This document shows, one piece after another, positions 26,773-36,791 of a stretch of DNA of 64,000 nt (position 1 is the stretch's first letter; every line of letters begins with the position of its first letter). The position numbers were made by a program, and so were the translations under genes. The DNA is from SAR116 cluster bacterium (GTDB lineage: Bacteria; Pseudomonadota; Alphaproteobacteria; Puniceispirillales; Puniceispirillaceae), in NCBI GenBank assembly GCA_004212735.1, contig SHBD01000002.1, positions 156,323-220,322 on the forward strand, in the 5' to 3' direction. The notes under the pieces were generated by a model. The model worked only from the letters and a program-made list of their open reading frames with translations, searched no databases and was not told the origin of the DNA.

Positions 26773-29244
26773 CTAGAGCCGCACCTGCGCAGCTTTGGGG
26801 TCGTACATAGGCCTGAAGCTAACATCAGCCTCAATGATTTTACCAGCAACATCAATGGAGTAACTCGAGCTTAACTGGTCGTTTGCGCTCTCACCAGCCG
26901 CACCGCACTTAACATAGCCAAGGCCAATGGCACCACCAAGATAATGACCGTAATTGCCACTTGTGAGATAGCCGACAAGCTCACCATCACGCAAAATTGC
27001 CTCATTGTGATAGAGAAGCGGGTCTGGATCTTTGAGGCGAAATTGCATCAATCGTTGCGATAGGCCGTCATTGCGTTTTGCTTTGACTGCATCACAACCA
27101 ATCATTGGGCCAAAACGGCCAGCCTGTTTGGTTTCCTTGACTGCGAAACCAAGCCCGGCCTCAAGAACATGATCTTCATTTGAGATATCATGACCAAAAT
27201 GGCGGAATGCCTTTTCAATCCGGCAGCTATCAAGGGCATGCAGGCCACACAGTTGAAGCGGGTGATCTTCAGCGCGCGCCGCGATGGTGTCAAAGACATG
27301 ATTTGCCATGTCGGCTGATACATAGAGCTCCCAGCCAAGTTCCCCGACATATGTCACACGATGCGCCCGCGCCACCGCATGTCCAATTTCAATGGTTTGC
27401 ATGGTGCCAAAGGGAAACGCCTCATTCGACAAGCTCTGCGGTATCATGGGGGCCAGAAAATCACGCGCCTGTGGCCCCATAACAACAAGAACAGCCTCAC
27501 CCGCTGTCACATCCATGGCAAACGCATGCGCATCATCTGGGATATGACCGTTGATCCAATGCAGGTCGCGCCTCACGGTCGCCGCGGGCGTTACCACCAG
27601 AAACTCGTCGGATGACAGCCGGCTTACCGTCACATCCGCCTCAATCCTGCCCGCCTCATTGAGGAACTGGGTGTATACAATTTTGCCGGGTTCAACAGCG
27701 ACATCATTTGCCGCAATCCGCTGCAGCACGGCTTCGGCATCCCGACCCACCACGCGGATCTTGCCAAAACTAGACATGTCGAACATACCGACACGTTCGC
27801 GCACGGCCAGATGCTCCTGAGCACTGTAATCAAACCAGTTCTGCCGCTTCCAGCTATATTCATAGCGGGGTTTGAGTCCCCTCTCCTGCTCGGCTCGTGG
27901 CAGAAACCAGTTGGCCCGCTCCCACCCACTGACCTCGCCAAAACAGGCACCTGCTGCCTTTAGCCGATCATGCACGGGCGATTGCCGCACATCACGTGCT
28001 GTTTCAACCTGGCGATAAGGGAAATGATCGGCATAGAGCAGACCAAGCGTTTCAGAGACACGAGTTTCAAGATAGCGCCGATTAGCCTGGAAAGGCTGCA
28101 TACGGCGGATGTCAACATCCCACAAATCCATTGGGGCGTTGCCGGTTTCCATCCATTCGGCAAGGACCATGCCGGCACCACCAGCCGATTGAATGCCCAC
28201 CGAGTTAAAGCCAGCAGCAACAAAGAAATTTGTCAATTCAGGCGCTTCACCAAGAATATAGCGATCATCGGGAGTGAAGCTTTCCGGGCCATTGAAGAAG
28301 GTCTGGATGCCCGCTTCAGCCAGAACCGGCATCCGCTCCACAGCGCGCTCGAGTATCGGCTCAAAATGATCGAAATCCTCCGGCAGTGAGTCAAACTCGA
28401 AATCCTCAGGAATGCCGTCCATACCCCATGGCTTGGAGTTTGGTTCAAACGCGCCAAGCAGAATTTTCCCCGCATCCTCTTTGTAATATGCACATTCATC
28501 AGGCACGCGCAGCACAGGTAAATTCTGTGTCAGCCCAGAGATGCCCTCTGTGACAATGTAAAAATGTTCACAAGCATGAAGTGGCACCGCGACTCCTGCC
28601 ATGGCACCGATTTCACGCGCCCACATGCCACCTGCATTAACCACATAATCTGCCTCAATCGGCCCCTGATCTGTCATCACGCCTCTGACCCGGCCATCAT
28701 TCTGGTGAATATCGGTGACCTTGACACCCTGGATAATCTTGACACCGTAATTGCGAGCTCCCTTGGCAAGCGCCTGGGTGATATTGACAGGATCGGCCTG
28801 GCCATCCTTTGGCAGCCAAACACCACCAACCGTATCCTCGACATTCAGGTGTGGATAACGGGCACTGATTTCTGACGGGCTGATTTCGTCAATCTCAACG
28901 CCAAAGGCTCGGGCCATGGCCGCTGACCGGCGCAGCTCCTCCATACGCTCATCAGTCAGCGCTACCGTAATTGACCCATTGCGCTTAAAACCGGTAGCAA
29001 CACCGGTTTCGGCCTCCAGTCCAAAATACAGCTCCTGCGAATACTTCGCCAACCGCGTCATATTCTGCGTCGCCCTTAGCTGAGCGATCAGCCCGGCTGC
29101 ATGCCATGTCGTGCCACAGGTAAGTTGCTTGCGCTCAAGCAGCACAACATCCGTCCAACCAAGTTTTCCAAGGTGATATGCGATCGAACATCCAATCACA
29201 CCACCACCAATGATTACAGCACGTGCCTTTGCGGGAACGGTCAT
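26773..29244 (-). CDS. dimethylglycine/sarcosine dehydrogenase-type flavoenzyme (FAD domain + GcvT folate-binding domain)
   Basis: 823 aa. VIIGGGVIGCSIAYHL, TTWHAAGL (covalent-FAD His context), C-terminal aminomethyltransferase-like domain. Confidence 0.85.
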   Translation of the reverse strand: MTVPAKARAVIIGGGVIGCSIAYHLGKLGWTDVVLLERKQLTCGTTWHAAGLIAQLRATQNMTRLAKYSQELYFGLEAETGVATGFKRNGSITVALTDERMEELRRSAAMARAFGVEIDEISPSEISARYPHLNVEDTVGGVWLPKDGQADPVNITQALAKGARNYGVKIIQGVKVTDIHQNDGRVRGVMTDQGPIEADYVVNAGGMWAREIGAMAGVAVPLHACEHFYIVTEGISGLTQNLPVLRVPDECAYYKEDAGKILLGAFEPNSKPWGMDGIPEDFEFDSLPEDFDHFEPILERAVERMPVLAEAGIQTFFNGPESFTPDDRYILGEAPELTNFFVAAGFNSVGIQSAGGAGMVLAEWMETGNAPMDLWDVDIRRMQPFQANRRYLETRVSETLGLLYADHFPYRQVETARDVRQSPVHDRLKAAGACFGEVSGWERANWFLPRAEQERGLKPRYEYSWKRQNWFDYSAQEHLAVRERVGMFDMSSFGKIRVVGRDAEAVLQRIAANDVAVEPGKIVYTQFLNEAGRIEADVTVSRLSSDEFLVVTPAATVRRDLHWINGHIPDDAHAFAMDVTAGEAVLVVMGPQARDFLAPMIPQSLSNEAFPFGTMQTIEIGHAVARAHRVTYVGELGWELYVSADMANHVFDTIAARAEDHPLQLCGLHALDSCRIEKAFRHFGHDISNEDHVLEAGLGFAVKETKQAGRFGPMIGCDAVKAKRNDGLSQRLMQFRLKDPDPLLYHNEAILRDGELVGYLTSGNYGHYLGGAIGLGYVKCGAAGESANDQLSSSYSIDVAGKIIEADVSFRPMYDPKAAQVRL

Positions 29245-29248
29245 GAAA

Positions 29249-31756
29249 CTACACCTTCATCCTTGCATTGCCTGGATCATACAGAACTCCCCCATCAACG
29301 AGATGCGCCGCGCGCTCACGGCCAAGAATTGTGATGCTGAGCGAAGAGATGGAGGCGAGCGCGTCCTTGTCGAGAACAGCCATGGCAATTGATTTGCCGA
29401 CACGGTGGCCATAACCAGCGGAAACCACGAGGCCGGCAGCCTTGCCATCGACATTGACCGTGCTGAGATATACAGCCTCGCCAAATGGTTCACCATCTGT
29501 GGGATCATCAACCGTCAGCGTCACAAATCGCCGCTTGGCACCCGCCTGATATTCGGCCTGCAGGCTTGCCTTACCGACAAACTCCTCCTTGCCGAAATTC
29601 ACCCAGCGTTCAAGTCCGCTCTCCAACATTGAATAATCAGATGTCAGATCGGACTTCCACGATCGGTAGCCTTTTTCAAGCCGCATGGAATCCAGCGCCA
29701 ACATACCAAAATGGCCAAGCTGGTGCGCCGTTCCCTTTTCGATGATTGAATCATAAACTGCCGTGACTTCGCCCATCGGACAGTGAAGTTCCCAACCAGC
29801 CTCACCGGCAAAAGAGACACGAATGGCCGTGACAGTGACGCCCGCAATGGAGAGTTTCTGATGCGAAAGCCAGGCAAAATCTGCATGGCTCATCGCCACC
29901 CCTGCAACCTCACCGAGAAGCGCTGGCGCTTTCGGTCCCGTCACCAGCAAAGTTGCCATTTCCGCGGTCACATCGGTCAGGCTGATGCTGCCATCACGCG
30001 GCATGTCGAATTGCAACAGATCACGATCATGCCAATAGGCACCGGCACCAGTCATCAACAAGATCTTGTCCTCAGCCAAACGGGTGGCAGTCATCTCGCT
30101 GAGAATCTTGCCCTTGGCAGAGGCAAAATAGATCAGTCCAATCCGCCCTATTTTTGGCAATCCGCCGGTGATCTGACGACGCAACCAATCGGCAGCACCG
30201 TCGCCCTCAAGGATGAAGCGAGAAAAGCCGGTAAGCTCGAGGATGCCAACATGTTCGGCGACATGCCGACATTCAGCCCCCACCGCATTAAACCAATGCT
30301 GGCGGTCATAGCTGTCAGCCGGGCGACGGTCTGCTGCGGTTTTTGGGAACCAATCAGCACGCTCCCACCCGCCATATGAACCAAATTCTGCGCCAGCAGC
30401 CTCCAGCCTTCCATAGAGCGGCGAGACCTTGGCTTTGCGACCTGCCGGCCACTGAATCTGCGGAAAATGCATCGCATATTCATGGCTGTAAGTCTCAATG
30501 GCCTTGGCAGTGGTATAGGCTTGGTCGACATGATCGGTAAAGCGGCGCGGATCAACCGCCCAACTGTCCGTTTCCGCCTCACCCTCGACGATGATTTCCG
30601 ATAGCAATTTGCCAGCGCCACCTGCCTGAACAATGCCGAAGGTGAATACACAAGCTTCAAAAGCATTCGGCACGCCGGGCATTTGACCGATCAGGGGCAG
30701 ACCATCAGGTGTGTAGGGAATGGGGCCATTGACCACCCGGGTAATCCCACCGGTACCAAGGAGGGGAACACGCGCACAGGCATCTTCAATATACCATTCA
30801 AGGCGTTCCAGATCGTCATTGTAAAGCTGGAAAGAAAAATCCTCCGGCATCGGGTCTGAGTTGTCTATCCAGTGCGCACGGCAGTTTTTCTCATACGGCC
30901 CGAGCAACAGCCCGTCCTTTTCCTGACGCAGATAGTAGGAGCTGTCAGGATCGCGCAGCAAAGGGAGCTTTTCATCGCGCGCCGTCAATTCCGGAATAGC
31001 TTCGGTGATCAAATATTGATGCGCCAGGGAAACACATGGCACATCACGACCAAACATACGGCCCAGTTCAGCTGCCCGATATCCGGCAGCATTGACCACA
31101 TACTCACATCTGATCTCACCAACGGGCGTGCTCAGAACCCACTCACCATTTTCCCGGCGAACAGCGGTCACAGGGCAAAAGCGAACAATTGTCTGGCCCA
31201 TATCGCGGGCGCCCTTGGCCAACGCTTGCGTCAATTGCGCGGGATCGATATCACCATCAAGAGGGTCCCACTGGCCACCATGGAGGTCATGCGTCTCGAG
31301 AAATGGATAGATGTCACGCATTTCCTCATTCGACATTTCGGTAAATTCCACACCCATCTGTCGGCCCATACGCTCAACATGGCGAAATTCCTCCATGCGC
31401 TGGCGCGAATGGGCGAGACGAATGGCACCGGTGACGTGGTAATTCATCGGATAGTCAACAAGCTCACCAAGTTTACGATACAGGCTTGTTGAGTAGGACT
31501 GGATTTTCATCATCGTCCACGACCCGACATAATTGGGGCAATTGCCAGCCGCATGCCATGTCGAGCCCGAGGTCAGTTCGTTTTTTTCGAGGAGAACGCA
31601 ATCCGTCCACCCAAGTTCAGCCAGATGATAGAGTACCGACGCGCCGACAGAACCACCACCAATGACAACAACCCGCGCAGAGGCGGGCAGCTTTGCCGTT
31701 GGCTGCTGGGTCTGATCCTTGTTTGCCATATCGTTCATCTTGTTTTCATCTCCCAA
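29249..31756 (-). CDS. second dimethylglycine/sarcosine dehydrogenase-type flavoenzyme (paralogue)
   Basis: 835 aa. VVIGGGSVGASVLYHL, STWHAAGN, C-terminal GcvT-like domain. Only 4 nt upstream of the paralogue. Confidence 0.85.
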   Translation of the reverse strand: MGDENKMNDMANKDQTQQPTAKLPASARVVVIGGGSVGASVLYHLAELGWTDCVLLEKNELTSGSTWHAAGNCPNYVGSWTMMKIQSYSTSLYRKLGELVDYPMNYHVTGAIRLAHSRQRMEEFRHVERMGRQMGVEFTEMSNEEMRDIYPFLETHDLHGGQWDPLDGDIDPAQLTQALAKGARDMGQTIVRFCPVTAVRRENGEWVLSTPVGEIRCEYVVNAAGYRAAELGRMFGRDVPCVSLAHQYLITEAIPELTARDEKLPLLRDPDSSYYLRQEKDGLLLGPYEKNCRAHWIDNSDPMPEDFSFQLYNDDLERLEWYIEDACARVPLLGTGGITRVVNGPIPYTPDGLPLIGQMPGVPNAFEACVFTFGIVQAGGAGKLLSEIIVEGEAETDSWAVDPRRFTDHVDQAYTTAKAIETYSHEYAMHFPQIQWPAGRKAKVSPLYGRLEAAGAEFGSYGGWERADWFPKTAADRRPADSYDRQHWFNAVGAECRHVAEHVGILELTGFSRFILEGDGAADWLRRQITGGLPKIGRIGLIYFASAKGKILSEMTATRLAEDKILLMTGAGAYWHDRDLLQFDMPRDGSISLTDVTAEMATLLVTGPKAPALLGEVAGVAMSHADFAWLSHQKLSIAGVTVTAIRVSFAGEAGWELHCPMGEVTAVYDSIIEKGTAHQLGHFGMLALDSMRLEKGYRSWKSDLTSDYSMLESGLERWVNFGKEEFVGKASLQAEYQAGAKRRFVTLTVDDPTDGEPFGEAVYLSTVNVDGKAAGLVVSAGYGHRVGKSIAMAVLDKDALASISSLSITILGRERAAHLVDGGVLYDPGNARMKV

Positions 31757-31800
31757 TCACGGGACGGCCAAACCGCCCCTTCTCCCGTCCGTAAAACCGG

Positions 31801-32448
31801 CTAATAGACAGGTGGTGCGATCACCCAGATCAACACCGCCGGTTTTGTTCCCTGATTTATCCAAGAGACTGTCTCCCCCGCAAAGCGGAAGCTGTCACCA
31901 GTGTTCAGCGCAAATTCCTTGTCATCAATGATCAAAGTCAGGCTGCCATCAATCACATAGCCGGCCTCTTCGGTGGGCCGGACAAATGGCTGCGGGCATT
32001 TTGCCCCAACAGCGAATACCGAATGCACAATTTCAAAGGCGCCGCCCAGATCAGGCGACAACAGGCTTTCGACCAGTCCCTTGCTGTCATCACTCATCGC
32101 CCGGCGACTCTCGGCCCTTACGACATACAGGCTCTCCGGCGTATCGGGGCTATGGCTGAAGAAAAAGCTGACCGGCAACGAGAAAAGTGCCGCAACGGTG
32201 CGCACATCATCAAGCGCCGGTTCCGAGACACCGCGCTCCACTTGCGATAGCCAGCCAACGGAACGATCCAGCTTCTCAGCAAGCTCGCTAAGGGTCCAAC
32301 CACGCGCCCGGCGCAACGCGCGAAAATCAGCGCCGATCTGCCCCGTGGATTTAACAGCTGTCTTGTCAGAGGGCTTTTGAGCAACCTCGTCAGCAACCTT
32401 GGCCACAGAAACTGGACTGGCCGCATTTTTAATGTCGACAAGCATCAC
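31801..32448 (-). CDS. XRE-family HTH + cupin-domain transcriptional regulator
   Basis: HTH segment LRRARGWTLSELAEKLDRSVGWLSQVERG, followed by a C-terminal cupin barrel. Confidence 0.8.
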   Translation of the reverse strand: MMLVDIKNAASPVSVAKVADEVAQKPSDKTAVKSTGQIGADFRALRRARGWTLSELAEKLDRSVGWLSQVERGVSEPALDDVRTVAALFSLPVSFFFSHSPDTPESLYVVRAESRRAMSDDSKGLVESLLSPDLGGAFEIVHSVFAVGAKCPQPFVRPTEEAGYVIDGSLTLIIDDKEFALNTGDSFRFAGETVSWINQGTKPAVLIWVIAPPVY

Positions 32449-32481
32449 GCTCTCCCCCGTAAGAAAACGCTGCGTCTTCCA

Positions 32482-32508
32482 AATGAAAAAATCAAGGTTT
32501 TTTTCATT
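32482..32508. promoter_or_regulatory. AT-rich inverted repeat AATGAAAAAA-N7-TTTTTTCATT upstream of the XRE-cupin regulator gene
   Basis: 10-bp perfect arms, 34 nt upstream of the regulator start codon at 32448. Confidence 0.3.
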
Positions 32509-32561
32509 ACAGCATAAAATAAAGTAAAAACTTCATTTGTTGGACATGCGGGTGTTTGAGC

Positions 32562-33002
32562 TTATTCCTCGAAAGGTGATGCTGTGCCGCTGCGGTTCTG
32601 CTGCGTCTTTCCTGCGGTGAAATCCTCGCCGGTGGCACCTGTCGCCCAGATCAGCGCGACAAACAAACCCTTGGCGCGCGGCAGGAGAACATATACACCC
32701 GCCAACATAACCACAATCAAAATACTGAATGCGAGCCAGATCGGGATGGTTTCATCACGCCCGAGAACAACCATCAGGGGCACCACGAAATGCCCAAGAA
32801 CAAGCATCGTTGCCCAGGCCGGGCCATCATCGGCGCTGATTGCTGAGAAATCCTCTCCACAAACTCCACAAGTTTTAACCGGTGTCAGATATCCGGCGAG
32901 CAGAGTGCCATCACCGCATTGCGGGCAACGACGGCGCAATCCACGCATCAGCGAGGCAAAGATGGGCCGCTCTGGTGCCGGCGTTGGAAGATGGTCTGAC
33001 AT
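32562..33002 (-). CDS. DUF983-family membrane protein (zinc-ribbon + 2 TM)
   Basis: RCPQCGDGTLL...CGVCGEDF...DGPAW followed by two hydrophobic helices. Confidence 0.75.
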   Translation of the reverse strand: MSDHLPTPAPERPIFASLMRGLRRRCPQCGDGTLLAGYLTPVKTCGVCGEDFSAISADDGPAWATMLVLGHFVVPLMVVLGRDETIPIWLAFSILIVVMLAGVYVLLPRAKGLFVALIWATGATGEDFTAGKTQQNRSGTASPFEE

Positions 33003-33212
33003 TGTTTTCCAGTCCCCTTTTGCTGGTTGGCTATAACACGGCGCTCATTTCGCGCTCGCCACTCTTGCTTGCCCCTGACAAAATGGGCATGAATGACGGG
33101 GTAACAAGTCCGGCGCCCCCGATTTACAATCGGCGAGGCCAACCCAGACACCCCAGCGGTGGCAGCATTCCCATCGTCCAAAAAGCACGGGAAACCAGAA
33201 GGCACAGGTGAA

Positions 33213-33938
33213 ATGTCGGCATTGTTTGAAGAGATTGACTATCAGCCAACGCCAATCGGTCCGATCTCGCTGCGCCGTCGCCATGATGTTCGCCTACAAA
33301 CCGATATTCTTGAGATTATGCTTGGCGATGAGCATCTGATGTCCGATCTCATCACCACATCGGAAATCGCCCTTGCCACGCTGGGCCTTGCCTATCACCG
33401 TGAACAGGATGGCGATGGACGCCAGCTGGATGTCGTGGTCGGCGGCCTCGGGCTTGGCTACACTGCCGAAGCGGTGCTTCGTGATAGTTGCGTTGGCAGT
33501 CTGCGTGTTTTCGAGGCGTTGCAGACGATCATCGACTGGCATGAGACGGGCCTTCTGCCACTTGGCGAAAATCTGTGTGCTGATCCACGATGCCAATTCG
33601 TGTGTAGTGATTTCTTTGCCTGCGCCAGAGAGGATGTCGGCTTTGACGCCACACAGCCAGGACGGCGCTTTGATGCCATTTTGGTCGATATTGACCACGC
33701 CCCTGATTTTCACCTGACGCCTGGAAATGCCAACTTTTACAGCGCCGCGGGGCTTGCTGGCCTCAAATCACATCTGGCGGAAAACGGCGTCTTTGGCCTT
33801 TGGTCAAACGATCCGCCCGACAACAGCTTTACCGCGCATCTGCGCACTGTCTTTGCCGATGTGCGCGCCGAACGCGTGGTTTTTGCTAATCCGTATCAGG
33901 ACAATGACGTTACCCAGACGATCTACCTTGCCCGCTGA
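33213..33938 (+). CDS. spermidine-synthase-like methyltransferase-fold protein
   Basis: VVVGGLGLGYTAEAVL and FDAILVDIDHAP are typical of spermine/spermidine-synthase-like proteins. The start at MSALFEE is uncertain (the ORF is open from 33159). Confidence 0.65.
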   Translation: MSALFEEIDYQPTPIGPISLRRRHDVRLQTDILEIMLGDEHLMSDLITTSEIALATLGLAYHREQDGDGRQLDVVVGGLGLGYTAEAVLRDSCVGSLRVFEALQTIIDWHETGLLPLGENLCADPRCQFVCSDFFACAREDVGFDATQPGRRFDAILVDIDHAPDFHLTPGNANFYSAAGLAGLKSHLAENGVFGLWSNDPPDNSFTAHLRTVFADVRAERVVFANPYQDNDVTQTIYLAR

Positions 33939-33975
33939 CAGCGACGCCGAGTGACAAAGTCAGCCATGTCCACCG

Positions 33976-36612
33976 CTAGAATTTAGCACTCAACCCGGTC
34001 TGAAGCATGGCGTTCTCCCGGCCGCTGAAATGCCCCCAATTGCGGTGTGCAGAGGCGGAAAGGAACCACGAGACATCACGCATCAGCGGTGCCTGATAAT
34101 CAAGCTGCAGCATTTCATGGCGCTGGCGTACCGACAGATCCAACCTGTCATTGACCACCTTGTAGCGGCCATCATCCGTATAGCCACGCACCGAGTGTTG
34201 CGACAATGTCCCGGAGGTGACGGCCATCGGCTGCTTGTAGCTGATGCCAATCCTGCCAGACTTGCGACCGACATCATGTCTGACCAGCGCAAGGCTGTTT
34301 TCATTGGCCCGAACAACGCTGTCGTCAATGAAGCTGTTATGCCTGAAATCGACTATGCTGCGAATATGGGAATTGCCCACGGTTGCAGACCATTTGCCCA
34401 TCTCCAGCCCGATATTGACATGCAGGTAATTTGAATGGCTGCCCTTGGCAAGTTCATAGCCACCTTCGGCCCTGCTGCCCAGAAAATGACCATCCTCTCG
34501 GAACTGCCCGCCGTTCAGACCAACTTTCACTCTTCCCTTTTGCAGAGAGAGGCTGGCACCATAGTCAGAAAAATCATACGGGCTAGAATAGCTGTTGGCA
34601 TCGCCAAGCTCACCACGGGTGACGTGCACACCAACCTCCACACCCTCACCCACTTTGCGGTGGAGTGATCCCCGAATCAAATTGGCATCAGTTCTGGAAA
34701 TCTTTGGCCAGAGTGTCTGGTTGTAATGACTGTCATGACCGCTCAGGCTGCCGAGTGGCATCACCGCCGATGCGGTTTGTCGCTGGGCAAAGCCCATGGT
34801 CGCTGCGTAATCCCGGCCAGCAATCGTAACCTGTTGACCTGCTCCCATCGAACTTGCCGCGTCATTCGACCAGCGCATCAAGCTACGGCCATCTGCCGAA
34901 AGAGCTCGCGCACCATCTCGCGGCGCATTGAGACGCAGGGCGTCAGCAAGGTCCGGAACAGGCAGCGCCTGTGTCGAGAGCGGTGTTCGATAGCTATATG
35001 AGCGATTATATTTGTCAAACGCGCTAAAGGATAACTTGCGGCGACTGGCTGCATCGCCAAAAAGACCGGAGAATGACATGCGCGTTCTGCTAGCGGCAAC
35101 GGATGAGAGGGAAAGGGCGCTTCTGCCAGCAGGATTCGTATTTCCTGATGGTTTTAACGCCTCGTTGAGGTTCAGCAGCCCATGGCCATAAACATCATCA
35201 ACACCCTTGTTTCCGAGATCGGTTGCCGACTCCAAGAGTATTCTTACGGCCTCTTTGGCTCCCAGATTTGAGAACCTAGACTTCAGAACGGCAAGAGCAC
35301 CGGAAACCATAGGCGCAGCCATCGATGTGCCCGAAAAACGCGCATAGCCTGATTTATGTTCTCTGCGCGTGGCAGTCGAAACAACCTCCACACCAGGTGC
35401 AGCAAGGCAGAAATCCTTGGCAGCACCACACCCGTTACTGAAGGGAGCAATTTTGTCGTAGCGGTCAGTCGCAACAACTGAAAGCCATAATCCTTCCAAA
35501 CGTTGATCAGCAAGAAACAAACTACTAGACGGCGAAGGTAAATTTGCGGGAGTTCCGGTTTGTGCAACTATTTTGTGGTTGGCTGGTAAGAAAGTGAACG
35601 GTTCGACATCATTGAGGTATTTGTCAATATCATCACCACTAAATTTTTCTCTAAAGACATCGATACGTCCTGTTTCGGCATTCCATCCATCATTCCCAGC
35701 TCCGAATACGAAGACCATATTTTTTTCTTCACCTGCGTTCGCATTGAGAATCGCATTCAACATCTCCTCACGCAGCATCTTTTTCGTGAACTCGCCATAG
35801 CCTAGGTTCGTTTGGCGTGGCCTCAAAAAATACCCTCTGCTTTCGTCATCAAACGTGACTTCCTCGACATACGGACGCCATGAGGTGCCCCAACTGGCGT
35901 TGAACACAAATGCGTTCTCGCGTGAGGCAAAATCAATCACAGATGTTGTCGTGCTGGTATCCTTATCAAAAGAGGAATGATCGGGATCATAGTCAGGAGC
36001 AAATTGACGGCGCTCACGGCGTCCAGCAGCGATAAACTTGATTGGCAGAATTTGTGCCCGGGGAGCCACACCTACAGTGCCGAAGCCATTGTCCGCAGCA
36101 GCGATTATTCCCGCCACATGTGTGCCGTGGGAGATATCCGTTGTGCCGAGCGGGTTTTCCGGATGGATGTTGGTTTCTTCGGGTGTGAAATCATTAGCGG
36201 TCCCGAATTTTTTTTCCTGCCCGGGGAATTGAAGAAGCAGGGCGTTAAGACCCACTGGCTGATTATCTCGGCGCTTTATGTTCTGAGCAAGATCAGGATG
36301 ATCAACATCAATGCCCTCGTCCGGCACAGCAACCACAACATTCTGGCCAGCATATTGTCCCCGAGCTGCCACCCCGGCTTTGGTTCTTGTCAAGGCGTAG
36401 GAACTTAACTGCCGTCCCGCCACCGCTGTGAAAACCAAATCTCCATGTAGTGATGGATAGACATCGTAAACCGAGTCTCTAGCTACAACAAATTGCTTCT
36501 TCGCCACATTTGGTGATCCACTACCTCTACCGCCGCCACATCCGGTCAGCAGTAGGCCAAGAAAACCAAGGCCGATTGAAAAAGTATGCCAAGTCCCGCT
36601 GGATACCCGCAT
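33976..36612 (-). CDS. S8 subtilisin-family serine protease, lipoprotein, with autotransporter-like C-terminal beta-domain
   Basis: Lipobox LLLTGC. Catalytic Asp (AVPDEGIDVDHPDL), His (HGTHVAGIIAA), oxyanion Asn (GAGNDG), Ser (GTSMAAPMVSGALAVL). The last ~270 aa have amphipathic beta-strand character and end in ...GLSAKF. Confidence 0.8.
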   Translation of the reverse strand: MRVSSGTWHTFSIGLGFLGLLLTGCGGGRGSGSPNVAKKQFVVARDSVYDVYPSLHGDLVFTAVAGRQLSSYALTRTKAGVAARGQYAGQNVVVAVPDEGIDVDHPDLAQNIKRRDNQPVGLNALLLQFPGQEKKFGTANDFTPEETNIHPENPLGTTDISHGTHVAGIIAAADNGFGTVGVAPRAQILPIKFIAAGRRERRQFAPDYDPDHSSFDKDTSTTTSVIDFASRENAFVFNASWGTSWRPYVEEVTFDDESRGYFLRPRQTNLGYGEFTKKMLREEMLNAILNANAGEEKNMVFVFGAGNDGWNAETGRIDVFREKFSGDDIDKYLNDVEPFTFLPANHKIVAQTGTPANLPSPSSSLFLADQRLEGLWLSVVATDRYDKIAPFSNGCGAAKDFCLAAPGVEVVSTATRREHKSGYARFSGTSMAAPMVSGALAVLKSRFSNLGAKEAVRILLESATDLGNKGVDDVYGHGLLNLNEALKPSGNTNPAGRSALSLSSVAASRTRMSFSGLFGDAASRRKLSFSAFDKYNRSYSYRTPLSTQALPVPDLADALRLNAPRDGARALSADGRSLMRWSNDAASSMGAGQQVTIAGRDYAATMGFAQRQTASAVMPLGSLSGHDSHYNQTLWPKISRTDANLIRGSLHRKVGEGVEVGVHVTRGELGDANSYSSPYDFSDYGASLSLQKGRVKVGLNGGQFREDGHFLGSRAEGGYELAKGSHSNYLHVNIGLEMGKWSATVGNSHIRSIVDFRHNSFIDDSVVRANENSLALVRHDVGRKSGRIGISYKQPMAVTSGTLSQHSVRGYTDDGRYKVVNDRLDLSVRQRHEMLQLDYQAPLMRDVSWFLSASAHRNWGHFSGRENAMLQTGLSAKF

Positions 36613-36791
36613 CGCGCAAGATCTCCTGTTTCAGACGATTTGTCTGAGCAGGATGCAGGCAATCCACTGAACAAAAGGTTAACCCAAACTAACTTTTCCG
36701 TGATTTTCTGCTTATCTAACTGACAGCCAAGGTCTGAGAATAATGGCGGGATATGTAATTTGGCGTGCCGGGAACCGGCAAATCCCAGAAC

